Below, piece by piece: positions 33,531 to 43,178 of a stretch of 64,000 nt of DNA. The notes under the pieces are model-generated. The model did no database searches. It saw nothing but the letters and a program-made list of their open reading frames with translations, and was not told the origin of the DNA. The DNA lies in the IMG/VR virus record IMGVR_UViG_3300022698_000267, positions 62,001 through 126,000 of that record; one strand, written 5' to 3'. The stretch's first letter is position 1, and every line of letters begins with the position of its first letter. The position numbers and the translations under genes are program-made.

Positions 33531-33866
33531 TTATATCTTTATCTTCATAACTTTCATTTTAATTCTAAGACCATAACCATCTTCAACATCATCAGGTAGC
33601 CATACTTGCACTTCTTGTTTAATTTCTTGAATGATATTTTTTTCATCTACAACAACAGTAACTCTCCATCTTTGGGAATCAACAGTTAGTGCAGTACCAG
33701 GTGTAATTACTCGAATCATATTAGGTCGTAGAGCATGAACAAAACCCAAAGCAGTAGAATCCCATTCTAATCCTTTTAGAAATTCTAATACTGGAATACT
33801 AGTACTACCAAAACGAATACTTTCTGGCATATAGGTTTTCCCTTGCATACTTCTATAATCTTTCAT
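33531..33866 (-). CDS. Hypothetical protein with potato-inhibitor-I / I78-like motif
   Basis: RVITPGTALTVDSQRWRVTVVVDEKNIIQEI. Confidence 0.4.
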   Translation of the reverse strand: MKDYRSMQGKTYMPESIRFGSTSIPVLEFLKGLEWDSTALGFVHALRPNMIRVITPGTALTVDSQRWRVTVVVDEKNIIQEIKQEVQVWLPDDVEDGYGLRIKMKVMKIKI

Positions 33867-34580
33867 TTACTTCTCTCCTTTATTTATCACAAACCATTTG
33901 CTATTTTTACCTCTTTTATCATTTTTTCAAGGGCAAACACATCAACTCGGCCTCCCCAATCGGCAATGGTTTGTTTATCTTCTTTTGAAACATATCCACT
34001 TACAATAGATGCTCGTAATTGTAATTCCCCATTCACTTCTACAGTACCAATACCTAAAGTTCCTCTGGCTCCACTAACCCATGTAACATCTTTAAGAATT
34101 GTAGACATTACCACCTCCTTATGAAGAAATAATTAAAATTGGTTTTACATCATGAATAGGATTGTTGCAGAATTTTCCTTTTTCCTTAGTCCAACCACAT
34201 GAACATTTTTCCCAACAATCGCACTCCTCCATTTTAGCACCACACTTTACACAATGAACACTTTTATCAATTAATTTATCAAGCAATGTATCCATTTTAA
34301 TCCTTTTTAGGGTATAGAACAGATTGTTGCAAGGCCAGTGAATTCTCTAGCCATTTTTCAAGCATCAACCACTCAGTATTTTTGCCTTTTCTTTTTACAA
34401 CTTGCATTGTAGAGCGACATAGTTCATTTGCTGATTTGAGAGTTTTTTCAAGTTTATCTATTCTTTCCTGCATTAATTCAATGTACTCACATCTTGAATT
34501 AATTTTAGTTGTTTCTGAACGCATATTTTTGATAATAGTTTCTGTATTTTCTTTAGACACTTCCATTTTCAAATCATCCT

Positions 34581-35030
34581 TTAACTCAAAGTTCTACGTT
34601 TTTTAGATCTTTCACCCATGAATTCCCGTTTGTGTTTCTTTAGAAGACGAATAACATTTCCTTTAGTAGTTTCACATTTCTCAGCTATTTGTTTTATTGT
34701 CATATCCCGCATTTTTTTAGGAGGTATCTGCAAAAAGTTCTCTTGCTTTACTCCAGGATGTATAGAAAATCTTCTTCCACCCCTTGGTTTCTGTACAAAG
34801 ATGTTTATCTCTTTTAGATACCGTGTAACTCCATGTGGTGAAAGTCCCAATTTTCTTGCTAGAGGTCTTACATAAAACTCGCATTCTTTATAGAGATCAG
34901 CAATCCATTCCTCTGCCGTTTTGTAATTGGTTTTATTCCAAGTGTTGTAAGTGTCTTTAAAACTTTCCCAATCTATACGAGTATACACATTAATCCTCCG
35001 TTTTAGTAGTAACTGGTTCCCAACAATCAC
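34581..35030 (-). CDS. Putative double HTH DNA-binding protein
   Basis: VRPLARKLGLSPHGVTRYL and TIKQIAEKCETTKGNVIRLL. Confidence 0.55.
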   Translation of the reverse strand: MIVGNQLLLKRRINVYTRIDWESFKDTYNTWNKTNYKTAEEWIADLYKECEFYVRPLARKLGLSPHGVTRYLKEINIFVQKPRGGRRFSIHPGVKQENFLQIPPKKMRDMTIKQIAEKCETTKGNVIRLLKKHKREFMGERSKKRRTLS

Positions 35031-35212
35031 ATTGCTTTACAGGAGCAAATTGGTCGTCTCGTTGAACAATATATCCCATTTTTCTTTTGATTGGAGCAGG
35101 TAGTGGATAACGACAAATACCATCTCTAGTAAATTTTTCGGGGTTTAATTCGGAAATAACTGTTTTCCATTCTGACCAGATTGGTTCCCATTTACAAGTC
35201 AGACACTTAAAC

Positions 35213-36022
35213 TCAATTTGATTCTTCGATGATTGGGTCTTCTCCATTGAAAATAACTCCTACTCTATTGGTTACTTTAGAAAATACAGGCATATCTAGT
35301 CTTCTAACTTCTGTTCTTTCAATTTCTAGATCAGGATTCTCTCTTGCTTCATGTTTTGGTGGAAGTTTTTCAATTTCTTTAGTATCAAACTTCCTAAGGA
35401 CTGTTCTTTTTTGGAAGTACATTCCTCGTTTAAAATTAGCAGGATAATCATTCCAGTTCACACCTTTTTCAAATAACATTTCCTGCATATCTTTTCCATT
35501 TTTCTTGTGTAATTGTTTGTGGGAATAGTATACTCTTGCTGCCATTGAAATACTATTTTTGGTAGCATCAAATTCTCTCCACAAAATAACATTGGCTGCT
35601 TCTTGTTTAGTCGGGACTTCCCATGCTCTACAATCGAATAGAGCAACTCTGTGTGCTTTTTCAGGAATCATCTTACTTAAATAAGCATTAAAGGTTGCAG
35701 TGGTCACAGAAGTTAAAACAGAAACCATTTTCAATATTTTTCTATCAAAAAATATTTGGCTTTTCAAATTGTCACTGTAATATACCAGACTAATTTCATC
35801 TGATTGTGTATGACCAATACAGGCATTAGTTTCTTTAACAAGAGTATCAACAACAATACCCATTAATTCTGATAGTCTTACATCATAAGGACGTTCTAAT
35901 CCTTTTGTAAATTGACTGAAATTTTTACCATCAATTCGTACACAGATTGGAACCATAGGAAGAAACTTTCGTTTACTTTCACGTCCTTCATACATTTTCA
36001 TTCTGTCGCCTAAATCATCCAT
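35213..36022 (-). CDS. thg1: Thg1-like 3'-5' nucleotidyltransferase (tRNA-His guanylyltransferase family), intact active site
   Basis: DRMKMYE, RIDGKNF, QSDEISL, FDCR, WR..DA.KNSI, GVNWNDYP..FKRG. Confidence 0.93.
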   Translation of the reverse strand: MDDLGDRMKMYEGRESKRKFLPMVPICVRIDGKNFSQFTKGLERPYDVRLSELMGIVVDTLVKETNACIGHTQSDEISLVYYSDNLKSQIFFDRKILKMVSVLTSVTTATFNAYLSKMIPEKAHRVALFDCRAWEVPTKQEAANVILWREFDATKNSISMAARVYYSHKQLHKKNGKDMQEMLFEKGVNWNDYPANFKRGMYFQKRTVLRKFDTKEIEKLPPKHEARENPDLEIERTEVRRLDMPVFSKVTNRVGVIFNGEDPIIEESN

Positions 36023-36036
36023 TTATCATTTCCCTC

Positions 36037-36855
36037 TTATTTTGTATCAACAATTGGGTCTTCTCCATTGAAAATAACTCCTACTCTATTGATTACTTCG
36101 GAAAATGGAGGCATGTCTAATCTTCTGACTTCCGTTCTTTCAAATTTCAGATCAGGATCTTTTCTTGCTATGTGTTTTGGTGGAAGATCTGTAATTTCCT
36201 CTTTATTGAACTTTTTGGAAACTTTTCTTCTTTGGAAAAAAGTTCCTCGTTGAAAACTAACAGGATAATCGTTTTTCCAATCCATATCTTTTTCAAGTAA
36301 CATTGCTAATCTATCTTCTTCATTCTTTCCCAACAATTGTTTATGTGAGTAATATTGTCTTGCTGCTATTGAAATACTTTTTTCAATTGCGACAGTTTCT
36401 TCCCATAGAATAATATTGGCTGCCTCTTCCAATGTTGGGACTCCCCAAGCTTTGCAAGAAAACACAGCAACACGGTGTGCTTTTTCTGGTATTACTTCTG
36501 GAAGGTATCTATTAAATGTTGCAGTAGTTACAGAAGAGATGACAGAAATCATTTTCATTATTTTTCTATCGAAAAATATTTGACCCTTCAAATCGTCATT
36601 GTAATAAATCAGATTGATTTCATTTGATTGTATATACCCAATGCAAGCATTAGTTTCTTTGACAATGGCTTCAGTAACAATCCACATCAAATCTCGCATT
36701 CGTGTATCGAAGGGTTTATCTAATCCTTTTGTAACTCGCTTCCAATCTATACCAGTAACTTGTATACAAATTGGAATCAAGGGCATAAATCTTCGATTAC
36801 TTTCACTACCTTTGTAAAGTCTCGTTCTTTCAAATAAATCGTCTAATTTGTTCAT
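36037..36855 (-). CDS. Thg1-like paralog lacking catalytic residues
   Basis: Collinear with 35213..36022 but QVTG for RIDG, QSNE for QSDE, FSCK for FDCR. Confidence 0.88.
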   Translation of the reverse strand: MNKLDDLFERTRLYKGSESNRRFMPLIPICIQVTGIDWKRVTKGLDKPFDTRMRDLMWIVTEAIVKETNACIGYIQSNEINLIYYNDDLKGQIFFDRKIMKMISVISSVTTATFNRYLPEVIPEKAHRVAVFSCKAWGVPTLEEAANIILWEETVAIEKSISIAARQYYSHKQLLGKNEEDRLAMLLEKDMDWKNDYPVSFQRGTFFQRRKVSKKFNKEEITDLPPKHIARKDPDLKFERTEVRRLDMPPFSEVINRVGVIFNGEDPIVDTK

Positions 36856-37110
36856 TTTAATCTCCTATAAAATGTCTTTATTCCAGCCGGGTTTTGTGTT
36901 ATCAAGTCTTTTATACCAATCTTGATTGGCTAAGGTTATTGATGTACTCTTATTTTCATTCTGATCTTTCATGAAAGTCAAAGCTCGTAGAACGTAAAGA
37001 TCTTTTTCTAGATATTCTTGTGCTACGTCAAGATGACAATGCTTTTTTACTACTTCCCTCATTGTCATAGAAACTAATAGTCCGTCAATGATTTGTGAAG
37101 CATCCATTTA

Positions 37111-37596
37111 TCATTTCCTTTCTTTCCAATCAGTTATTTTAAAGGCTCTATCTTCGGTTATGTGAACAGAAAATAATTTATCAAAACCTTCATTCATACT
37201 TGGTATTTCTAATCTTTGATAGCTGGCTATTACAGCTACTTTTGGAAGATTTTTATCAAGTCGTTTTTCATTTCTTTTTATACAGATATCTAAATTTGCC
37301 TGAAAATAAAAACCAATAATCGGCATTTTTACTTTCTTCAATAAGGGAAAGTATTTTTCTCTTTCTTTTTTAGAGGGATTGGTATTATCGATAACCATTG
37401 GTTGTTCTGTTTCAATACAAAATTGAATTAATTTTGATTCTCGATTTCTGGTTTTCAACATATCCAGATTGACTCTTATATGCGTATCTGCAAAGTTCTT
37501 CTGATAGAAGGTTGATTTTCCGGTGGCTGGGATTCCAATAAAAATTATGTTATTCCTTTTCCAAGAAGCTGTTGACTTGTTTGAACTGCTTTCCAT
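37111..37596 (-). CDS. P-loop polynucleotide-kinase-like protein (AAA_33 type)
   Basis: GIPATGKST Walker A, VNLDML, VIDNTN...R, RN..R, EGFD. Confidence 0.88.
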   Translation of the reverse strand: MESSSNKSTASWKRNNIIFIGIPATGKSTFYQKNFADTHIRVNLDMLKTRNRESKLIQFCIETEQPMVIDNTNPSKKEREKYFPLLKKVKMPIIGFYFQANLDICIKRNEKRLDKNLPKVAVIASYQRLEIPSMNEGFDKLFSVHITEDRAFKITDWKERK

Positions 37597-37865
37597 TTTA
37601 TATCAAACCCTCCATCTTTAACAAAAATTGACAAGCTTTTAATCTAGTTTTAAATCCATCAGTCCCATTAAGAGGATGAGGTTTTCTCCACACAGCAGAC
37701 CATCCAGAATATTTACCTAAATTAAAAACCTGTCCAATTAACTTGCCCCCAATGTAGAAAGCATAATGACTATTTTGTAACTTCTTAAAACCATAGTCCT
37801 CAACTTTTCCATTTACATTTAAAGAATACTTCGACATTTTTTCTCCAATAAAATCTTAAACTAAT

Positions 37866-37872
37866 TTTAGTA
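37866..37872 (-). promoter_or_regulatory. Candidate late promoter TACTAAA for the kinase/Thg1 operon (motif also - at 41112, 42769, 49646)
   Basis: TTTAGTA on + strand upstream of minus-strand starts. Confidence 0.55.
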
Positions 37873-38205
37873 TATTTTCAGGAAATACTAAAAATAATCG
37901 AACTTAAATTTTAGGGATGCAACCAGGTAAAAAATTATATAGGTTTTGAAGATGCTGTTGCTGAACAATTCATAGAAGGTGCTTAAAGATGAAAGACTGG
38001 TTGTGGTTATATTTTACAGGTATTATTCTTGGAATTTATGCTTTTTTAATTATAACCCTTCGGATTTTGAAACGATATCGTGAAAAGAAATTGGAAAATT
38101 GTCCCATGTGGATAAGAACCAATATTCCCAAATGGAATACTGGCAACAAGAAGAAAGATAAATACAAGAAGTGGAATCTAAAGTGATGTAAATGGAGAAT
38201 TCAAA

Positions 38206-38376
38206 TCACTTCTTCTTTGGCTTCAATTTTGTTTTTGTTTCACCAGAATAGGTCTTCCCACCCTTTGAACAAAATTTCCTGTACTGATTTTTCTTCAAAC
38301 CGAACTTTTTGTTTGGTCCAGTAACAGTCCAAATCTTACCACCATCGGAAATGCATTTCATAAAATCAGCTGGCAT
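38206..38376 (-). CDS. 56-aa basic protein (not in ORF track)
   Basis: MPADFMKCISDGGKIWTVTG...GETKTKLKPKKK with SD AGGAGG. Confidence 0.65.
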   Translation of the reverse strand: MPADFMKCISDGGKIWTVTGPNKKFGLKKNQYRKFCSKGGKTYSGETKTKLKPKKK

Positions 38377-38725
38377 AGTAAAACCTCCTCATATAACCAA
38401 GGTTTTCTAAATAAAACAAAAACCTCTGAATAAAAGGATAGAAAAATGATAACTATAAACCCACTTTTATACTTTGTAGTGCTCTTGTTAATCGTTGTAC
38501 TAATTGCAATACATCTTAGCAAAAAATTCCATATGAAAATTCAAAAGTCGTTAGAGAACGTCCAAACCACAAACGTTAGAATCCTTGGAGTCGTGGAAGA
38601 CACCCTAGCTGGTATTGAGTATCTAAGAGAAGATATTAGAACACAATTCCATAAATGACAGATAAAAATTTAAGGACGCTGGAAGAAATTAAGTTCCTGA
38701 TGGAAAATCCAGAAGAGGATTAAAA

Positions 38726-39322
38726 ATGAAACTTAAAGCACCAAGAGCCCTAATAGAATTAACCGGCCACATTTACTTCCACAAACTTCCCGGTTTTATA
38801 CTATACAGGCCTCATATGCATAAAGTAAGAGGTGAGGACGTACGAAAAGTTTTAGATGTAGTAGAAACCGGTGACATACTACTAAGACGATTCGATGGAT
38901 ACCTCAACACAATTCTAACTCCTGGATTCTGGGGACATGCTGGAACCTACATAGGAGAAAACGATGTTGTCCATTCATTAAGCCAAGGAGTAACTCAAGA
39001 AGACATTCTAAACTTCTGTAGAGCCGATGCAATATCAATCCTTAGACCACTCAATGGTCCAATCCCAAACGTAAGAGAAATTGCTATAGCCCTTGCAGAT
39101 GAACACGTCCCATACGATTACGACTTCTGCTCAGGCAATAAAGCCTACTATTGCACAGAACTGGTCGACTACTTATCAGGATGGATATTCAAAAACGATT
39201 ACCAAATGATAGGAGGAAATTTGATACTAACTCCGGATGGGATTTTCAATAGCACACAAGCATATAAAAAACTAACGATTAACTACAGGAATCCTTCTAG
39301 AAGTCTTATTTCAACTTATTAA
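38726..39322 (+). CDS. Permuted papain-like (YiiX/YebB-type NlpC/P60) amidase
   Basis: GDILLR, WGHAG (His before Cys), PYDYDF, YYCTELV, TPDG. Confidence 0.85.
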   Translation: MKLKAPRALIELTGHIYFHKLPGFILYRPHMHKVRGEDVRKVLDVVETGDILLRRFDGYLNTILTPGFWGHAGTYIGENDVVHSLSQGVTQEDILNFCRADAISILRPLNGPIPNVREIAIALADEHVPYDYDFCSGNKAYYCTELVDYLSGWIFKNDYQMIGGNLILTPDGIFNSTQAYKKLTINYRNPSRSLISTY

Positions 39323-39906
39323 AACTGTCTTTTCAACCTCCAAGAATTTTGTATATTCGAGTATAATAGAAATTCGTCCTCAATTAAATCTTGCAAAGAA
39401 GATTTCAAAGTAGCATCAAAATCTTCAACACTAATATCCCACCCCATCTTTGCCAGAGCATAAGAAACTCCATTAAAAGTTAAGGAACCTCTCTCCTGCT
39501 CAAAAATCTTCTTCAAATCTTTTTTCAAAGCCTTGTAAGGAGGTTCCTTAAATTCTACCAACTTCCAAACCATTTGAATATTAGAATACGATAAATAACC
39601 TTCATCAACCAAGGCAAGTAGATTACGCCGAATCTCACGTTCGAAATCCTTTCTGTCATGAATCGTCCAACCACTCCTAAGCAAGATCGTCACCAAATCA
39701 GTAGTATACAAAGGTCTCAACTCAGACTTAAAAATTTCAAGCAAAACATCTTTTAAATTCGGATCTTCAACAGGATCTTCAACAGGATCTTCAGCTAATC
39801 CTAACAAATCAGACATTTCATCAAGACTTTTTCGAATGGAATTCAAAGAACGACGAAAAATTTTACTAACTTCCTTGTCCATAATCCTCTCCTCATACGA
39901 TTGCAT
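39319..39906 (-). CDS. Two-repeat winged-helix-like protein (paralog family)
   Basis: Repeated IF..E...L.....L...GW.I....F...I...L..L..EG.L.YS unit. Confidence 0.55.
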   Translation of the reverse strand: MQSYEERIMDKEVSKIFRRSLNSIRKSLDEMSDLLGLAEDPVEDPVEDPNLKDVLLEIFKSELRPLYTTDLVTILLRSGWTIHDRKDFEREIRRNLLALVDEGYLSYSNIQMVWKLVEFKEPPYKALKKDLKKIFEQERGSLTFNGVSYALAKMGWDISVEDFDATLKSSLQDLIEDEFLLYSNIQNSWRLKRQF

Positions 39907-40531
39907 AAGTCAAAACATTTCCCTTACTAGAGTAAGTCAAAAATCCTTCTCCAACCAAAATGGATAAAGTATTACTAACTTTACGTTTAAAATTGGCATT
40001 GTCAACCAACCACCCCTCTTCAGCCAAAATCTTTATCAAATCTTCGAAATGTATAATTCCCGGTCCCTCCTTAAAAATTCTAATCAAATTCTTTTTCAAC
40101 GCTCTATAAGGAGCAACATCTTCGGCCCCACGAAACTTCCAAACATCCTTGGAATTAGTAGTGATTTTATTTGAGCAATCGAAATACTCCAAAATCCCGT
40201 CCTCAACCAAGCTGGACAAAGCAGTACGAATATTCTTCTTAAATCCAGCATTACTAATCGGCCACCCCTGCTCAAACAAAATCACCAGCAAATCATTAAA
40301 CGATAAAGTACCCTGTTCCCTTTTAAAAATCGTAATCAAATTCCTCCTTACCGTACTAACAGGAACAAGAATAGACGTCATCTTCTTGCCCTCCTCCCTC
40401 TCTTCCTCCTCCATCTTCTTATGCTCCTCAACTACCATACTCCACTCAAGCCAACCAACTACTTCATCAAGACTTTTTTGCATCGAAACCAAAGAAGAAC
40501 GAATCTTTTCAACATCTTTTCCACTAATCAT
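39893..40531 (-). CDS. Two-repeat winged-helix-like protein (paralog family)
   Basis: Same repeated unit; N-terminal SL.S..KSLDE helix shared. Confidence 0.55.
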   Translation of the reverse strand: MISGKDVEKIRSSLVSMQKSLDEVVGWLEWSMVVEEHKKMEEEEREEGKKMTSILVPVSTVRRNLITIFKREQGTLSFNDLLVILFEQGWPISNAGFKKNIRTALSSLVEDGILEYFDCSNKITTNSKDVWKFRGAEDVAPYRALKKNLIRIFKEGPGIIHFEDLIKILAEEGWLVDNANFKRKVSNTLSILVGEGFLTYSSKGNVLTYAIV

Positions 40532-40809
40532 GACTTATCTCCTCTCTCCAACCACGTACGAATCCTCTGTTTAAAATTCTTCCCATGAATATCCCATCCC
40601 CTCCTAGCAAGAAGAATCATCAAATCCTCAAACGTCAAAGGCTCATCCTCCTCATGAAAAATCTCCTTCAAATCTTTATGCAACGCCTTATAAGGAAGAC
40701 ACTTACCCACCTCAAAAGAAACCCCTCTCTCCTCTGCAACCACATCAATCACAGCATCAAGACTATTTCTAACAGAAACCAAACAAGAATGCAAAACTTC
40801 CAAATCCAT
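40528..40809 (-). CDS. Single-repeat member of the same family
   Basis: PYKALHKDLKEIF..E...LTFEDL..LL...GWDI; start at MDLEVL with SD GGGAGG. Confidence 0.55.
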   Translation of the reverse strand: MDLEVLHSCLVSVRNSLDAVIDVVAEERGVSFEVGKCLPYKALHKDLKEIFHEEDEPLTFEDLMILLARRGWDIHGKNFKQRIRTWLERGDKS

Positions 40810-40822
40810 AAAAATACCTCCC

Positions 40823-41074
40823 CTACTGAACCGGTAAAGTAACAGGAGGAATATCCATACCACCTTCCAACCTGTCAGCACACTCCCTCAAAGCAGTTAC
40901 CATATCACCACGCTCAGCATTCGAAATATAGTTACTAACACCAGGCCTACCAAAATCAAAAACCAACAAAGCAAATCCCATCTCCCCAACAGTCTGATTT
41001 ATAACCTCCTCAATAGACAAACCCAAAATCTTCATAAATTCTTCTGTCTTCCTCTGCTTCTCAATATCATCCAA
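40823..41074 (-). CDS. Conserved small hypothetical protein
   Basis: GFALLVFDFG...NYISNAER.DM..ALRE pattern; SD GGAGG, TTG start. Confidence 0.6.
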   Translation of the reverse strand: MDDIEKQRKTEEFMKILGLSIEEVINQTVGEMGFALLVFDFGRPGVSNYISNAERGDMVTALRECADRLEGGMDIPPVTLPVQ

Positions 41075-41099
41075 AACAAATCCTCCAAAAATATTCAGT

Positions 41100-41770
41100 A
41101 GTAAATCATAGTTTAGTAGATTTTCGACACAAGTTACAGACCGAAATCAAGACGATCCAAAAAAATCCTGAAGAAAAGAAAGTAGAATTTCGACAAAAGA
41201 AGAAGAACGAGTCTTAACCAAAAAAACAGAAAAGAAGAAAAAGAAACCTTACCTAAAGAAAAAATTCTAAAACAAAAAGAAAGTAAAGAAAAAGAAACCT
41301 AATAAGGAAAGGTAAACAAAAAGAAAGGAAGTACCTTATTTGAAAGTAAGGAAAGGGGTAGTCTAGAAGGACTGTATTGATTAGAAGAGAAAGTCTATAA
41401 AGTTTGTTCTAGATATTTTTATAGGTAGAATAGGAGATTTACTTGTATTGTAGGCAGAAAAAACCTCTAGTTTTGTGTAGTGGATGTATTCTAGATGTTT
41501 TTCTAGGAAGTAATGAGGCATTACTTGTATTGTAGGCAGAAAAAGTCTATAGAGTTTACTCTAGATGTTTTTATAGGAAGTAATGAGGGTATTCTACTGT
41601 TTATTGACAGAAAAAACCTCTATTTTAGGAAGACTCATCGAAAAAATTAAAAGTTGCTAAAACCCCATACTGCGGCTTCAAACAATCCCTTCCTCATTTA
41701 TAAGAAGAAATCTGCTATAAAGGCTCTGGAAGTGGACATGAAAATTCTAGAGTCGTTCTAGAAGGAGTCT
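41100..41770. repeat. Non-coding block: A-rich tract then imperfect direct repeats (origin or terminus candidate)
   Basis: TTACTTGTATTGTAGGCAGAAAAA at 41439 and 41521; TCTAGATRTTTTTMTAGG at 41408, 41490, 41560; C/G skew flips here. Confidence 0.7.
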
Positions 41771-42430
41771 AAAGTCATTCTAGAATTTCTGATAGTACTT
41801 CCCAAAAAGATTTTTTAACACTATACTAACGTAAAGTCCCTCAGAGAAGGTGGCAGAGGATTTGGCAAGTTCGTATATAACGAAGGCACATATTACGAAG
41901 GGTAGAAGCAATGCTGTAAAGAATTTTTCCATAGCTTCTGCAACTAAAGGATTATTCCTCACGAAATTCTTTAATAAAAGTTTCATCGTGGGAATTTCCT
42001 TTCCACAGGTTCGAATCTTTTACAATCGAACTTCTTTACTTTACCAGTTGAGAGGTACGTTGTCCCCATATAGTCTGGACATTTCTTTGGATCTATCTGG
42101 TAATTCTTATTTTTATTCTTTCTACATCGTTCACAAAGATCATTTTCATCAAACATACTTTAATCCTCCTTTAACGATGTTTTTCTATTTCGATTCGAAA
42201 GATAAACAATCGAAGTGGAAGATTCCATTTCTTTCGTAACTCTTTTCCTTACATTTTGGGCAGTTTTGTGGAGTGAGTGTATAAAGACCCTTTTTATTAT
42301 GCTTACATTCTGGGCAGACTTCGTTTACTATTTGATTAACTTCCATTTTATACATCCTTTCTTCTAAATGAGGGATTTATTCGCAGTATGTAGGCTAATG
42401 AAGATGCTTCCCAATACCCTTATATACCTT

Positions 42431-42745
42431 TTACCCTTCATTAGCCTGTACATCAGTCTTACTAAATGTAACGCCGTCTTTTTCATTTATATGTTCTCGC
42501 AATTGTTCGATTGCAGATTTATAACCATAAATTGTATCGATAACATCATTAACTTCTTGTTCTGGATATCCTTCATCGATGAGTATTTGTCTAGTCATTT
42601 CAAGAAAGACCTTTGCCTCTTTACTGTTAAAAGCTTTAAGGAAAGCTAGTGTGGATAGAGTACCAGTGGTTTCAGTTAAGATTTGTTGTCTAACTGAAGG
42701 AGTGACTGTTTTGTTTTCAAATAGATTTTTAAGAAGATTTTTCAT
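42431..42745 (-). CDS. Hypothetical protein
   Basis: SD GGAGGT; TACTAAA upstream. Confidence 0.7.
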   Translation of the reverse strand: MKNLLKNLFENKTVTPSVRQQILTETTGTLSTLAFLKAFNSKEAKVFLEMTRQILIDEGYPEQEVNDVIDTIYGYKSAIEQLREHINEKDGVTFSKTDVQANEG

Positions 42746-42780
42746 TGCTACCTCCTCTTCTTCTTTAGTTTAGTATCTTC

Positions 42781-43025
42781 TTTCGATAATTAGTAACTTG
42801 CGTTAACTTAATGCTCAAAGCGACCGCAGGTTACTACGTAACCTGTATATAGAAGATTTCTTCTTTGTCTTTCGAAAATGCGAAAGCTGCGTTAACTATA
42901 TTTCCAAGGCTTTCGAAAATGCGAAAGCTGCGTTAACTAGGTAGAACAAAACTCGGACGAACACTTCGACCGTAAGTTACTACGTAACTTATATATAGGC
43001 GAAAATGAGATAACTGCGTTAACTT
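42781..43025. repeat. Non-coding block with iteron-like repeats and two covarying palindromes
   Basis: 30-nt perfect repeat at 42869 and 42910; TGCGTTAACT x4; CAGGTTAC-TAC-GTAACCTG and TAAGTTAC-TAC-GTAACTTA. Confidence 0.85.
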
Positions 43026-43178
43026 AGGAGAGACAATCTTCTTTATGCCAGACAACAATCTTCTTGCTTTCTCTCAGGTACCTTTCTTTTTCTTCTTCAG
43101 CTTTGTGATGCTCGATTATTGCAAGGATGATTAAAGTTGTACAGATGATGGCAGCAATTATTGTAAAAGTGATGAACA

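Noticed and set aside
35213-36855. Diversity-generating retroelement TR/VR pair or assembly duplication
   Set aside because: Differences are not adenine-specific, both copies are diverged full ORFs, and no reverse transcriptase is present
41850-42239. 129-aa + strand gene
   Set aside because: No RBS, atypical composition; region reads better as short minus-strand ORFs
42869-42939. Mini CRISPR array from the 30-nt palindromic repeat
   Set aside because: Only two perfect copies separated by 11 nt; other copies degenerate and irregular; no cas genes in window
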